A program made the position numbers and the translations under genes. The notes below the pieces were generated by a model. It did no database searches, was not told where the DNA came from, and saw only the letters and a program-made list of their open reading frames with translations. Positions 33,389-44,628 of a stretch of DNA of 64,000 nt are shown piece after piece; the stretch's first letter is position 1; each line of letters starts with the position of its first letter. The DNA comes from an uncultured delta proteobacterium (GTDB lineage: Bacteria > Desulfobacterota > RBG-13-43-22), in NCBI GenBank assembly GCA_963802945.1, contig CAWDKY010000030.1:192001-256000 (forward strand). The letters are read 5' to 3'.

Positions 33389-33417
33389 TTAATTTTTGAC
33401 TATAAATCGCATTGTAC

Positions 33418-33535
33418 AGGCTGATCAAAAATGCACAGATGAAAGGCGCCAAAAATTCCGTGAAATGAGGCGTACACATAAGTACGCCGCAATGACGAGG
33501 GATGAAGCCAACACAGCAGAGGGGTATTTTGATCG
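33418..33535. repeat. Dispersed intergenic repeat (homologue of 22505-22650)
   Basis: See the 22505 entry; begins GGCTGATCAAAAAT and ends ATTTTGATCGC (imperfect inverted ends). Confidence 0.75.
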
Positions 33536-33634
33536 CGCTACATCTCGGCTCATTGCCACCTTTTCGAGCGGTGGTTAGATCTGTCTGTTAGTTTATCCTT
33601 CTGAATTCTGACTCCTGGATTCTGGATTCTTGTT

Positions 33635-34701
33635 TTATAGAATCAACATCGCATCGCCATAACTGTAGAACCGATAATTCCGCTCAATCGCCTCCTGGTA
33701 GGCTTTCAGAATTTTTTCCCGTCCGGCAAAGGCGGACACCAATAACATCAGGGTAGTCCTGGGCAAATGAAAGTTGGTGATCAACCCGTCGATCATTTGA
33801 AAAGAGAAACCCGGAGTGATGAAAAGATCACACTCTCCCTCTTCGGCCTTAACCAATCCATATTTCATGGCCTGGTATTCCAAGACCCGGGCGCTGGTGG
33901 TTCCCACGGCGATAATCCGTCCTCCCTGTTTTTTTTGTTCCTGTATCACTTGGACGGCCTGCGCCGAGACCTTGTAAACCTCAGAATGCATCTTATGCTC
34001 GGCAATCTTTTCCGTCTTGACGGGGGCAAAGGTCCCATAACCGACATGCAAGGTAAGGGGAACCCAAAATATGCCCTTGTCCTTAAGGGCCGCAATCAAA
34101 TCCAAAGAAAAATGAAGTCCGGCCGTAGGTGCCGCCACCGCCCCTGGATGTCGGGCATACACGGTTTGATAGCGTTTCCGATCCTGTTCCCAAAGACCGG
34201 CCTCACAGCCGTCTCTGCGGATATACGGCGGAAGAGGAACCCGGCCGAATTTTTTTAAAACAGAATCAAACAGCCCTTTGAAATGGAATCGAACCAGGGC
34301 CGTCCCATTTGGGGAAGGAGGCAGTATCTCACCTTCCAGACCTTCACCAAAATAAATTTGCTCCCCGGCCTAATTTTCCCTCCAGATTTAATCAGACAAG
34401 GGCTCGTATAGGTTTGTTCAATCGCCAAGGCCGGATATTTCAAGATCAGACATTCCACCCGGCCCCCGCTCCTTTTCTTCCCTTCCAAACGCGCCGGGAT
34501 CACCTGGGTATCGTTAACCACCAGTACATCCCCCGGAGACAGGTATTCGATAACTTGATTAAAGCGTTGATGTTTCCGGTCCCCTGTCTTTCGATCCAGA
34601 ACTAAAAGTCGGGAATGATCTCTCTCAGGACAAGGCTCCTGAGCTATCAAATGCGGAGGCAAAATAAAATCAAATTGGGATAAAGTTAGTAAATCATCCA
34701 T
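33635..34701 (-). CDS. queA: SAM:tRNA ribosyltransferase-isomerase QueA (frameshifted)
   Basis: LIAQEP...RD.SRLL, NDTQVIPARL, AAPTAGLHF, LHVGYGTF, TNFHLP, YRFYSYGDAM. Confidence 0.97.
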
Positions 34702-34997
34702 AGATTAAAAAAAGATAAAGATAATAGCCTTTAATATACTTCCGGCCTCTTGTCAAGCCAAGCTGCCAATGGCCTCCTGTCTTTAACATTTTCGGTTAGT
34801 AAGGGTCTCATAAGCATAATGAGCCCGTTTGGTTGCCGGGGGCCGAATAGCTTTTATGCTGTAACGGGGTTAATAAGGGAGCCTAGTCTATTGTTGAATC
34901 CGTTGATATTTCACTGAAGGCATCGAGGTGTCGACCAAGACCACGATGAGCGAGGTTTGAAGCTCACTAAGTTTTACATCCTAAGTTTAAAGAAATA

Positions 34998-35984
34998 TTA
35001 GAATCGAAATAAAGCCGCTCCCCAGGTAAAGCCGGCTCCAAAGGAAGCGGTCAAGACCAGATCACCCCTTCGAACTTGTCCGCTTCGAACCGCTTCATCC
35101 AGGGCCGTGGGAATGGTGCCCACCGAGGTATTGCCATATTTGTGTACGGTGACGATCACTTTTTCCATAGGAATTTTTAACTGTTTAGCCACGGACTCCA
35201 TGATCCTGATATTGGCCTGATGCGGGATAAACCAATCGATTTGGTGTGCGGTAATACCGCCGGATTTCATGGCCTTCCGAGCGGCATCGCTCATGGAGCG
35301 AACGGCATGTTTGAAGACTTCATTTCCCTGCATCTTGATATAATGAAGGCCGGCTTCGATCATAGGAATTGAAATGGGATTACGGGAACCGCCTCCGGGC
35401 ACATTGAGCAATTCCCACAGATTCCCATCGGAATGGATCTCAAGAGACAGGATTTCTCCATCTCCTTTGCCTTTGGAATGGCCCAAAACGACAGCCCCGA
35501 CCCCATCACCAAAAAGGACACAGGTAGCCCGGTCCTGATAATCAATCCGGTGGGAAATGATTTCACCACCGACGACCAGGACGTGCTGATAAGAACCGTC
35601 CTGCATAAACTTTTGGGCAACGGTCAAAGCATAGATGAACCCCGGACAGGCGGCATTGACATCAAAGGCGACCGCATTTTTTGCACCAAGTCGATATTGG
35701 AGAATACAACCCTCTGAAGGCGAAGTCATATCGGCCGTGGAGGTCCCGACAATAATCAGATCCAAATCTTTGGGAGAAAGGCCGGCCATTTCCAAAGCAT
35801 TTTCACAAGCCGGGGTGGCGATATCAGATAAGGCCTGCCCGGGCAGGACCATTCTCCGTTCCCGAATGCCGGTCCGGCTGAATATCCATTCATCGGAGGT
35901 ATCCACAATCTTTGCAAAATAGGAGTTGGGTACTATTCTTTCGGGCAAATAACAACCCGTTCCTTTAATACTTATTTTTTTCAC
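34998..35984 (-). CDS. fabH: Beta-ketoacyl-ACP synthase III
   Basis: DTSDEWI..RTGI, AACPGF, PHQANIRI, YGNTS, FGAGFTWG. Confidence 0.96.
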   Translation of the reverse strand: MKKISIKGTGCYLPERIVPNSYFAKIVDTSDEWIFSRTGIRERRMVLPGQALSDIATPACENALEMAGLSPKDLDLIIVGTSTADMTSPSEGCILQYRLGAKNAVAFDVNAACPGFIYALTVAQKFMQDGSYQHVLVVGGEIISHRIDYQDRATCVLFGDGVGAVVLGHSKGKGDGEILSLEIHSDGNLWELLNVPGGGSRNPISIPMIEAGLHYIKMQGNEVFKHAVRSMSDAARKAMKSGGITAHQIDWFIPHQANIRIMESVAKQLKIPMEKVIVTVHKYGNTSVGTIPTALDEAVRSGQVRRGDLVLTASFGAGFTWGAALFRF

Positions 35985-36304
35985 CTAACAAAAACCTTTC
36001 ACTTATTTTTTTGAACAATAAGGATTGCCGTTCACAAAGCTAAAGAGGAACTCTGAAGCTCCCTGAAGCAACTACGGGGAATGCGATCGTTAGGCCTTAT
36101 CAAAGAAAACCATTAAGGTTGAAGGCCATATAACATATATAAAAATATTTTTCAAAATAATTTTATCTTATTTCAGAATAAATTGGCTTTGTCTAAAAAG
36201 TATGATATAAAAATCAAGCTTTTTTAATCATCGTTCCTTCTCGAACCCTTGGATAACAGTGGAAAATATCAGAAACATCTATCCTGCCCGAATGGGATCC
36301 TTAC

Positions 36305-37075
36305 ATGTGGATTGATTCTCACGCCCATTTGGAAATGAAAGCATTTGACCCGGATCGCCCTCAGGTGATTGAGCGGGCCGCTGCCAAGGGGATAACCGGG
36401 ATCATCACCATCGGGACCGACGCGGAAAGCAGTCGCCAGGCGGTGGCTTTAGCCAAAACCTACAAAAATATTTGGGCTACGGTCGGCGTCCACCCCCATG
36501 AGGCCGCCTCTTATAAAACAGAAACCCAGCCCCAATTATCTCAATTGGCCGAAGATCCTTTAGTGGTGGCCATCGGAGAAATCGGGCTGGATTTTTATCG
36601 CAACCTTTCCCCACAAAAGCAGCAAAAAGAAACCTTTCGTCATTTGATTCATTTGGCGCGGGCCGTGAATCTTCCCATCATCATTCACGACCGGGAGGCC
36701 CATGAAGAAGTGCTGGCGATTTTAAGAGAGGAAAAGGCCGGGGAGGTCGGAGGGGTTTTCCACTGCTTTTCCGGTGATTGGGCCATGGCCAAGCAGTGTT
36801 TGGATTTGAACTTTTTTCTGTCCGTCACCGGGGCCGTTACCTACAAAAATGCCGGGGTGTTGGAAGAGGTCGTCCGCCGAGCCCCCATCGAATCCCTGCT
36901 TCTGGAAACCGATGCCCCGTTTCTTTCTCCTCATCCCTTTAGAGGTAAACGGAATGAACCGGCCTATCTGGTCCACACCGCAGAACACGTGGCCCGGATT
37001 AGTAACATCACTCTGTCTGAATTAAGTCAGGTGGTCTTGAAAAACACCTGTCGGGCCTTTAAGCTTCCGTTGTAA
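36305..37075 (+). CDS. tatD: TatD family DNase
   Basis: DSHAHL, GVHPH, IGEIGLD, IIHDREA, VFHCFSG, LETDAP. Confidence 0.95.
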   Translation: MWIDSHAHLEMKAFDPDRPQVIERAAAKGITGIITIGTDAESSRQAVALAKTYKNIWATVGVHPHEAASYKTETQPQLSQLAEDPLVVAIGEIGLDFYRNLSPQKQQKETFRHLIHLARAVNLPIIIHDREAHEEVLAILREEKAGEVGGVFHCFSGDWAMAKQCLDLNFFLSVTGAVTYKNAGVLEEVVRRAPIESLLLETDAPFLSPHPFRGKRNEPAYLVHTAEHVARISNITLSELSQVVLKNTCRAFKLPL

Positions 37076-37128
37076 AATAGGTTCATGATCCTGAACAATT
37101 AACGACAAATCATGAGATAGGAATTGCA

Positions 37129-37722
37129 ATGGAATCTCCTTTCTTCATTATCCTGGCCTCTGGTTCACCCAGAAGAAAGGCCTTGCTTGCGGATTTGGAT
37201 CTTCATCTTAAAATCGTTTCAACCGGGATTCCGGAAGAACCTGAACCCGATGAATCACCGCTGATTTTTTCCAAACGGATGGCCCGAAGGAAAACCGAGA
37301 TGGTTTCCGCCGCCTTTCCCAAACAATGGGTTTTAGGGGCCGACACTGTGGTCCATCTGGGAGAAAAAATATTGGGTAAACCTAAAAATCCCCGAGAAGC
37401 AAAAAGGTTTCTCCAGACTTTAAGCGGGAAAACTCACCGGGTGATTACCAGTTTCTGTCTAAGAAATCGAGAGATGAATCAAAACATCATCCAAAGTTCT
37501 ACTACCAGGGTAAGTTTCAAATCCTTAACCAACCAAGAGATCGACTGGTATGTCCGAACCGGAGAACCTTTGGACAAGGCCGGTGCTTATGCCATCCAGG
37601 GTAAGGGGGCTTTCTGTGTCAAGAAAATTTACGGTTCTTATACCAATGTGGTGGGCCTTCCGGTAACTGAGGTTTTGGAAGCCTTAATCCACTATGCGGG
37701 TTTTCAGTTTAGAAAACCATAG
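37129..37722 (+). CDS. maf: Maf family nucleotide pyrophosphatase
   Basis: ILASGSPRR, GADTVV, LGKP, DKAGAYAIQG, NVVGLP. Confidence 0.95.
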   Translation: MESPFFIILASGSPRRKALLADLDLHLKIVSTGIPEEPEPDESPLIFSKRMARRKTEMVSAAFPKQWVLGADTVVHLGEKILGKPKNPREAKRFLQTLSGKTHRVITSFCLRNREMNQNIIQSSTTRVSFKSLTNQEIDWYVRTGEPLDKAGAYAIQGKGAFCVKKIYGSYTNVVGLPVTEVLEALIHYAGFQFRKP

Positions 37723-37847
37723 TTATTAATACTAGATAATAATCTGAACGGTTTAAGGATACATTTTCTTCCGTGGGGAGGCTCGAAGAGAACCAACCCA
37801 CTTTCAGCCTTGCGTTTTGAGCTGGCCCAGTAAAAGGATAAAAAAAG

Positions 37848-38531
37848 ATGGATAGTTTAGTTCTTTCCTTACAACAGATTCAAGAAAGGATAAAATCGGC
37901 CTGCATCAGGGCCGGGAGAAAACCCGAAGAAGTTTTACTGGTCGCAGTAACCAAGACCGTTCCGGTTGAACGGATTCAAGAAGGAATCCGGGAAGGTTTA
38001 GGCTATTTTGGAGAGAATTATATCCAGGAAGCCCAAAATAAAATTGAATATCTTAATCAAGGGACCTGGCATTTTATCGGTCATTTGCAAAAAAATAAGG
38101 CCAAGCAAGCAGTAAAGTTTTTTTCTATGATAGAAACTCTGGATAGTTTGCCTTTGGCCCGGGAATTAAATCGTCAGGCCCTTCAGGCCGGTAAAACCAT
38201 CGAAGTACTCATTCAGGTGAATGAGGCTGAAGAATCCAGCAAGTCCGGTATAACCCCCGAGCTGGTCCCTAACTTATTAAAAGAACACCTGGACTGGCCG
38301 GCCTTGCGCCTTCGGGGTTTGATGACCATCCCTCCCTATGATCCTGATCCGGAAAAATCCCGCCCCTGGTATCGCTCGCTGTCTCAGTGGCAAAAAAAAT
38401 GGCAGCAACAATTTCCTGAAATGGATCTAACCCATCTTTCCATGGGCATGTCCCATGACTTTGAGGTGGCTATTGAGGAAGGGGCGACAATCATACGGAT
38501 AGGCACGGCCATTTGGGGAGCCAGGGATTAA
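37848..38531 (+). CDS. yggS: PLP homeostasis protein YggS
   Basis: LVAVTKT, FGENYIQE, WHFIGHLQKNK, LSMGMSHDFEVAIEEGAT. Confidence 0.96.
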   Translation: MDSLVLSLQQIQERIKSACIRAGRKPEEVLLVAVTKTVPVERIQEGIREGLGYFGENYIQEAQNKIEYLNQGTWHFIGHLQKNKAKQAVKFFSMIETLDSLPLARELNRQALQAGKTIEVLIQVNEAEESSKSGITPELVPNLLKEHLDWPALRLRGLMTIPPYDPDPEKSRPWYRSLSQWQKKWQQQFPEMDLTHLSMGMSHDFEVAIEEGATIIRIGTAIWGARD

Positions 38532-38675
38532 TACCTTAACTTAACTTCCATGATTAAAATGGGTACACTGCAACCTATATTAGGCTTGGGAATCGGCCTA
38601 AGCTAACCGCTTCAATTCCCGTTTGCCTTTTTTATTATTTAATGCTAATCCCATTTTAGTGCGAGAATAAAAAAC

Positions 38676-38925
38676 AAGAATCCAGAAGCCAGGAGTCAGA
38701 ATCCAGAAGAAAGACTTTTGACTTCTTGATTCTAAATTTTATTTTTATGCTCCGTGGTACTCTGCCCATGACAAGGCATGAGGATTTATCACGAAAATAT
38801 GAATATTAAATTTTAAATCATGAATGGATTGGTTTCTTATTAACTTCGACATTCAATATTCATTATTCGATATTCGACATTTTTATGCTTCGTGGTCCCC
38901 TTCAAGAAGCCTGAGGGTTTAGTCT
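38676..38925. repeat. Cluster of heptamer repeats including heptamer-armed element copy 2
   Basis: GAATCCA/GAAGCCA/GGAGTCA run; ATGAATGGATTGGTTTCT core at 38820-38837; TTTTATGCT(C/T)CGTGGT twice. Confidence 0.75.
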
Positions 38926-39010
38926 GCTCAATAGGCCTTCGAGGTAAAAATCAACCCTAAGCATCAAAATGACCTTTGTAAACACCTAAGGATTGTTAAA
39001 CAGGAGGGAT

Positions 39011-41437
39011 ATGTCAAGAAGAGCATTGGAAGGTATTAAGGTCGTGGAATATGCGACGATGGTCTCCGGTCCCTATTGCGGTAAGTTGTTGGCCGATCTG
39101 GGGGCCGACGTCATCAAAGTGGAACCGCCGGAAGGCGATCCGTCACGCCGCTGCGGGCCTTTTCCGAAAGACAGAAAACACCCGGAAAAAAGCGCCCTTT
39201 TCCTTTACGCCAACACTAGTAAACGAGGCATCACCCTGGATATTGAAAATCCGGAAGGGCTTGAGGCCTTTAAAAAACTCCTCCTCTGGGCGGATGTTTT
39301 CATCGATAATCATCCTGTGGGTTTTTTTGATAATCTGGGTCTCGGTTGGGATGACCTGCATTGCTTAAACCCGGGGCTTATCTATGCTTCCATCACCCCT
39401 TACGGCCGTACCGGCCCCAGGGCCAAGGCCAAGGGAGATGAGCTTACCCTCATCCAGGCCGGCGGCGAAGGCAATCTCATACCGGCCCGATCCTTTGACC
39501 TATCCTTTCCTCCCGTCAAGTTCGGAAGTTATCAGGTGGGCTACCACGGTGCCCTGAACGCCGCCGTGGGCATCATGGCCTTGATTTTAGGCCGAATGAA
39601 AACCGGCCAAGGACACCTTTTGGATATCTCCCTACAGGAAGTGGTCATCAACCTGCTTCATGGAACCCTGCATAACCACCGCTATGACGGCTTTACCTGG
39701 AGTCGTGTCCCTGACAGGCCCCCGGCCATGGGCCGGATGGAAACCAGCGACGGCTATATCACCCTGGGGGCCAATGACGATCACCATTTCCATGCCCTTC
39801 GGGAATTAATGGGTATGCCGGACTGGCTGGCCGACGACCGTTGGGACAACCGGGTCTATCGAGCCAACCATTTACCGGAGGTTGCCGCTAAAATGGATGC
39901 CTGGATGAAGCAGCAAAAAAGAAATGAAATCTACCATAAGTTGGCCAAGGCAGGCATCCCGGTCGGACCAATCAATTCGGCTGAGGACGTCATGAACAAT
40001 GAACAATACAAAGCCAGGCAATATTTCATTGAAGTCGAGCATCCCGTGGCCGGCAAATACTCCTATGCCGGATGGCCTTACAAAATGACCGCCTCTCCGC
40101 CGGAGGTATCCAGACCGGCCCCACTCCTGGGACAGCACAATGAAGAGGTCCGCCTGGAAATCATCGACCGGGAACCTAAAGGGCAAGCCAAACCGGGTAA
40201 AGCCTATCAAGATCTCAAGCTTCCGCTCCAGGGCATAAGGATCCTCGATTTTTCCTGGGTTTGGGCAGGTCCTTACTCTACCATGATGCTGGGCAATCTT
40301 GGGGCCGAAGTGATCAAAGTGGAAGGGCATAAAAGGACGGATATCATCCGTCGCGCCGTTATGTGGCCGCGGTGGGAACCGGAGCCCCACCAGGTACCGC
40401 CCAACCAGGGATTGAGCTACAATTCCGTCAACCGGGACAAGAAAGGCGTTACCCTCGACCTGAGCAAGCCGGAAGGCATCAAACTGGCCAAGAGGCTGGC
40501 GGCCATGAGTGATATCGTCATTGATAATATGCGGCCAGATGCCATGGCCAAAATGGGTCTGGGTTATCAGGACCTGATTAAGATCAAACCCGACCTGGTG
40601 GTGGTTTCTTCATCCGGCCGGGGTCACGGCGGCCCGGAAACGAACTATCTCGGTTTTGCCACCATTCACCAGAGCGTTTCAGGTGTGGCCTATCTATCCG
40701 GTTATCCCGAGGATCATCCCACCTTCGGGTCCTTAGGCCACACAGACATCACCAGCGCCGTCACCACCGCCTTTATCACCCTGGCCGCGCTCCATCACCG
40801 GATCAAGACGGGTGAGGGGCAGTTCGTTGATTATTCCCAGTGCGAAGGTTCAACCAATATGATCGGGGAACAACTGCTCGGCTATCTGATGACCGGCATT
40901 ATTCCCGAACGGCAGGGCAACGCCCATCCCGAATATGCCCCTCATAATATGTATAAGTGCTGGGGTGTGGACCGCTGGTTGGCCCTGGAAATCCATACGG
41001 ATGAAGAATTTCAGGCCCTGACCCGGGTTATGAACCAACCCGAATTGGCCGATGACCCGCGATTTGATAGGCAGGCCTCCCGAAAAAAAAATGAAAAGGA
41101 ACTGGATCAGATCATCGGGGAATGGACCCGACAAAGAGATCGGGACTGGATGGTCGAAGAATTCATAAAGGCCGGATTGGCCGCCGCACCCTCACGGGAC
41201 GCAGAAGATATCTATGCCGATCGCCACTTGCAGGCCCGGAATTTTTTTATCAAGGTTCAACATCCCGAATTAGGGGAACTGGAATTGGCCGGACTGCCCT
41301 GGAGGATCAGCGACATTGAATTGCCCTCCGGCCATGCCCCTTTGTTGGGTGAGCATAATCAATATGTGCTGCAGGAACTTCTGGGTTTAAGCAACGAAGA
41401 GATTGCCGAGCTTCGCACCAAGGAAATCATCATGTAG
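39011..41437 (+). CDS. Family III (CaiB/BaiF) CoA-transferase, fused double domain
   Basis: Two halves, each with L.GI.V/I.., GP, LGADVIKVE/LGAEVIKVE and APLLG.HN. Confidence 0.94.
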   Translation: MSRRALEGIKVVEYATMVSGPYCGKLLADLGADVIKVEPPEGDPSRRCGPFPKDRKHPEKSALFLYANTSKRGITLDIENPEGLEAFKKLLLWADVFIDNHPVGFFDNLGLGWDDLHCLNPGLIYASITPYGRTGPRAKAKGDELTLIQAGGEGNLIPARSFDLSFPPVKFGSYQVGYHGALNAAVGIMALILGRMKTGQGHLLDISLQEVVINLLHGTLHNHRYDGFTWSRVPDRPPAMGRMETSDGYITLGANDDHHFHALRELMGMPDWLADDRWDNRVYRANHLPEVAAKMDAWMKQQKRNEIYHKLAKAGIPVGPINSAEDVMNNEQYKARQYFIEVEHPVAGKYSYAGWPYKMTASPPEVSRPAPLLGQHNEEVRLEIIDREPKGQAKPGKAYQDLKLPLQGIRILDFSWVWAGPYSTMMLGNLGAEVIKVEGHKRTDIIRRAVMWPRWEPEPHQVPPNQGLSYNSVNRDKKGVTLDLSKPEGIKLAKRLAAMSDIVIDNMRPDAMAKMGLGYQDLIKIKPDLVVVSSSGRGHGGPETNYLGFATIHQSVSGVAYLSGYPEDHPTFGSLGHTDITSAVTTAFITLAALHHRIKTGEGQFVDYSQCEGSTNMIGEQLLGYLMTGIIPERQGNAHPEYAPHNMYKCWGVDRWLALEIHTDEEFQALTRVMNQPELADDPRFDRQASRKKNEKELDQIIGEWTRQRDRDWMVEEFIKAGLAAAPSRDAEDIYADRHLQARNFFIKVQHPELGELELAGLPWRISDIELPSGHAPLLGEHNQYVLQELLGLSNEEIAELRTKEIIM

Positions 41438-41526
41438 AAAAACATCGGAAAGGATAAAGCGAGGACGATCTTTCCCTTTTTATAATTAACCCCATAAATA
41501 GGTGTGCATATTGTCATTCCGGCGAA

Positions 41527-41721
41527 GAGACTGTGTCGCAATTATATTTTTGTCATTCCGTGCAAGCGAAGCGCGACGAGGAGCCTGCCCCGGACTCGAT
41601 CCGGGGGAATCCAGGGGGGATATAGGTCTGGTTCCCGGCTTTCGCCGGGACGACGTCTGGATGCCGGCTTTCGCCGGCATGACGGCTTTGATGGCGCTGT
41701 CCGCTATTACGACACCGTCTC
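41527..41721. mobile_element. MITE (195 bp) inserted in a REP-like hairpin; 3-bp TSD GAA
   Basis: GTCATTCCGGC-GAA [GAGACTGTGTCGCAAT...ATTACGACACCGTCTC] GAA-AGCCGGAATCCAG. Confidence 0.88.
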
Positions 41722-41856
41722 GAAAGCCGGAATCCAGTGTTTGAAATTCCCTGGATGCCGGATCGGGCCTGCCCCGTACTTGATACGGGGTCCGGCATGA
41801 CGTTTTAGGACATGCATCTTATAAAAAATAATTTATGTCGTTTCTATAAGCTAGTT

Positions 41857-42414
41857 TTATTTTATCCGTTGGGCAATCACCTTAAAGGCCTCGGTCCCGG
41901 CCCGTTCCAGGACTTGAAACAAAACCGTCTCAGTAGTGGTGATAACGGCGCCGGCATCCCGCATCATTTCAAGACCGGACCTGAAATTGTTTTTGGTCCT
42001 TGAACAAACCGCATCCTGGGCCACCTGGACATTATAGCCTTCCTGCATCAATCCAATGCTGGTCTGTAATACACAAACGTGCGTTTCCATGCCGGTCAGA
42101 AGCCATTTTTTTCTGCCCGTGTCTGCGACCTTTTCCAGAAACCCTGCTTCCAGGCAACAATTAAACGCCGTTTTCTCAAAAGGGTTATACGCCGGGAGGG
42201 CCTCCTGGATTTCCGGAATGGTCGTCCCCAGCCCTTGGGGGTATTGTTCGGTCAGAAGAATAGGGATTTGTAGGAGCTTGGCCAGTTCAACCAGATGCAG
42301 GCAGTTGTTGACCACCTGATCCTTGTGCTTCATGACCGCAGCCAGTTTGCCCTGAATGTCGATGATCAACAGGGCCATTTCTTGCTGATTCAAGGAAAAT
42401 TTATCCATGGGCAT
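41857..42414 (-). CDS. Isochorismatase-family hydrolase
   Basis: LLIIDIQ.KL, TEQYP.GLG.T, K.AF.C, GMETHVCVLQT, DAVCSR. Confidence 0.92.
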   Translation of the reverse strand: MPMDKFSLNQQEMALLIIDIQGKLAAVMKHKDQVVNNCLHLVELAKLLQIPILLTEQYPQGLGTTIPEIQEALPAYNPFEKTAFNCCLEAGFLEKVADTGRKKWLLTGMETHVCVLQTSIGLMQEGYNVQVAQDAVCSRTKNNFRSGLEMMRDAGAVITTTETVLFQVLERAGTEAFKVIAQRIK

Positions 42415-42751
42415 CCTAAAACCTAACCAAACATATTTGAAATTTTTCCCTTCAATCTGATCCGTCAAATTTAAAGGGTAGATGAGGTTCTATCGAAAGA
42501 GGCTGGATACAGGACCAAACTGCCGATCCTGGATACTGGATACTAGATGCTAGATACTGGATGATAGATTTTGTACTGCCTTCAACCAAGCTAAGAAATA
42601 GTATTCTAACAACTTCCAGTACCAAGGATCAAGAATCCAGTATCGGAATTTTATTTATCCAGTATCACTCTGTAAAACTTGTTGAACCCAAGATGATAAA
42701 AAGTTAGGGATAAATTCAAAGATTGTATAGTCTAACTAAGAACCTTTTCCT

Positions 42752-43210
42752 TTATTTCTTGGCCTGGTGTACCGTCAACACCGAACAGTCGGCCCGGCGG
42801 ACCACTTTTTCGGCAGTACTGCCCAAGAAGAAGTGGGCTATCCCGGTTAAACCATGAGTGCCCATTACCACCAGATCCACTTTTTCCTCATTGATGAAAT
42901 TCAAAATCTCACTGGCCGGATGTCCGGAAAGGACGCGGGCAGAGGTATTCGGGTGATCGCCCATTTTTTTAATATAGTTTTCCCCCATTTGCTCCATAGC
43001 CCGTTTGGCGGCATCCTCCGAAAATTTAAGATTGGCTTGTTCCGAAATGAAATCCTCCATCACCGGGGACGGAAAGACCAGGGGCGGAACCACATGAACC
43101 AGCAATAACTGGGCTTGATATTTCTGGGTCAAGTCAAAAGCCAGGTCAAAGGCCTGCTCTGCATTTTCGGAAAAATCCGTACAGAAAGCGATCTTTTTGA
43201 TGGATGCCAT
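42752..43210 (-). CDS. Universal stress protein
   Basis: KKI...TDFS, DLVVMGTHG, LGSTAEKVVR.A.C.VL. Confidence 0.94.
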   Translation of the reverse strand: MASIKKIAFCTDFSENAEQAFDLAFDLTQKYQAQLLLVHVVPPLVFPSPVMEDFISEQANLKFSEDAAKRAMEQMGENYIKKMGDHPNTSARVLSGHPASEILNFINEEKVDLVVMGTHGLTGIAHFFLGSTAEKVVRRADCSVLTVHQAKK

Positions 43211-43339
43211 AACATACCTCCCTGTTTAGATTGACGGCTTCATAGGGTACAATTTTACCTGGAATTTTTAACCTGTCAACCCATTATCTTTTTTCGCCCA
43301 CCTTTCCTTTTGACAATTTTAATGAAAGTAAAATTCGAA

Positions 43340-44320
43340 TTATGAGGGATCGAGAAGCCTTTTTTCAAAGGGAGCCTTCAAGGTAAAATCCGGTAGGTAA
43401 ACCTCAGCACTTTCCAACTCCTGGATAAAGACCTCTTCAAATCCCAACTGTCTGGTAAAGGCTACGACTTCCTCATATTCACCCGGATGTAAGGACCTGT
43501 TGATTTCAGGTACCTGATAGGCTTTAAAACAGGGACGATACTGGGCCATTAGACTGATCGGGATCTCAAGAGATATCGAGGCCAGCGTCCTAATCATTCG
43601 CAGACTATTGGCAATATTTTCAGGCAGGATCAAATGCCGCACCAAAAGACCCCGATAGCCAAGACCCTGTTCATTGATCTTCAACGGCCCAACCTGCCGG
43701 AACATCTGCTTGACGGCGGCCTGGTTATAATGGGGATAATCATCTACCTGAGACAAACTGGCTCCCGTTTTTTTCTCTCCATATTTCATATCAGGCAAAT
43801 AGATATCCACGATCCCTTCCAACAAGTCCAAGGTCATCGCGGAAAGATAGCCGTGGGTATTATAAATAATTGGCAAATGAAACCCTTGTGAAATAGCCAT
43901 CTCCAGAGCCGAAAGAATAAAAGGCAGATGAGGCGTGGGGGAGACCAGATTGAGGTTATGACAACCTTGATTTTGCAAATCCAGAAAAATGCCGGCCAGT
44001 TCTTCCGGGACCAGTTCTTCTCCGATTCCCTCCTGACTGATCTGAAAATTCTGACAGTATAAACATCTCAGGGCACAACCGGAAAAAAAGACCGTCCCGG
44101 ACCCAAGGCTCCCGGAAAGAGGGGGCTCCTCTCCAAAATGGGGTAAGGCCCCGGCCACTTTTGCCTTTGAACCTTGTCGGCAAAGGCCTTTCTCTCCATT
44201 GAGCCGGTTTACCCGACAGTTCCGAGGGCAGAGGGAACAGCAGGACAAAAGATCCCAGGCCGCCTGGATTTTTTCTCGAAGTTTTCCCGAAGACCAAAAT
44301 TTGAGATAAGAGGGATCCAT
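43340..44320 (-). CDS. PflX-like radical SAM protein
   Basis: CSLCPRNCRVNR, HFGEEPP, FFSGCALRCLYCQN, HNLNLVSP, VRHLILP. Confidence 0.92.
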   Translation of the reverse strand: MDPSYLKFWSSGKLREKIQAAWDLLSCCSLCPRNCRVNRLNGEKGLCRQGSKAKVAGALPHFGEEPPLSGSLGSGTVFFSGCALRCLYCQNFQISQEGIGEELVPEELAGIFLDLQNQGCHNLNLVSPTPHLPFILSALEMAISQGFHLPIIYNTHGYLSAMTLDLLEGIVDIYLPDMKYGEKKTGASLSQVDDYPHYNQAAVKQMFRQVGPLKINEQGLGYRGLLVRHLILPENIANSLRMIRTLASISLEIPISLMAQYRPCFKAYQVPEINRSLHPGEYEEVVAFTRQLGFEEVFIQELESAEVYLPDFTLKAPFEKRLLDPS

Positions 44321-44382
44321 GGATTCGCCGAAAAATTTCCCCTTTTCTTTCTTCTCTCCCAACCGATGGGAAAAATTAAGTT

Positions 44383-44573
44383 TGAACATACGAATATTGA
44401 ATTTCGAACACCGAATTTCGAATCATGAATGGATTGGTTTCTTTCTAACTTCAACTTTCAATATTCGTAATTCGATATTCGACATTTCCATGATTCTTGC
44501 TGCTTATCCGGGATATGGGTGCTTAGTGTGAAAATAAAAATCAAGAATCTGGAATCTAAGAGTCAGAATTCAG
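44383..44573. repeat. Heptamer-armed hairpin element copy 3 plus adjacent heptamer run
   Basis: ATGAATGGATTGGTTTCT core at 44425-44442 with GAA-nnnn and TTC-nnnn arms. Confidence 0.8.
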
Positions 44574-44628
44574 CATACATAAAAAAACGGCCTTCCTTCG
44601 TCCTCCGAATTTTCTCTCTCTTTCTTTC

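Noticed and set aside
34760-34990. 6S RNA or other ncRNA between fabH and queA
   Set aside because: No convincing long hairpin or conserved motif, and not the usual synteny
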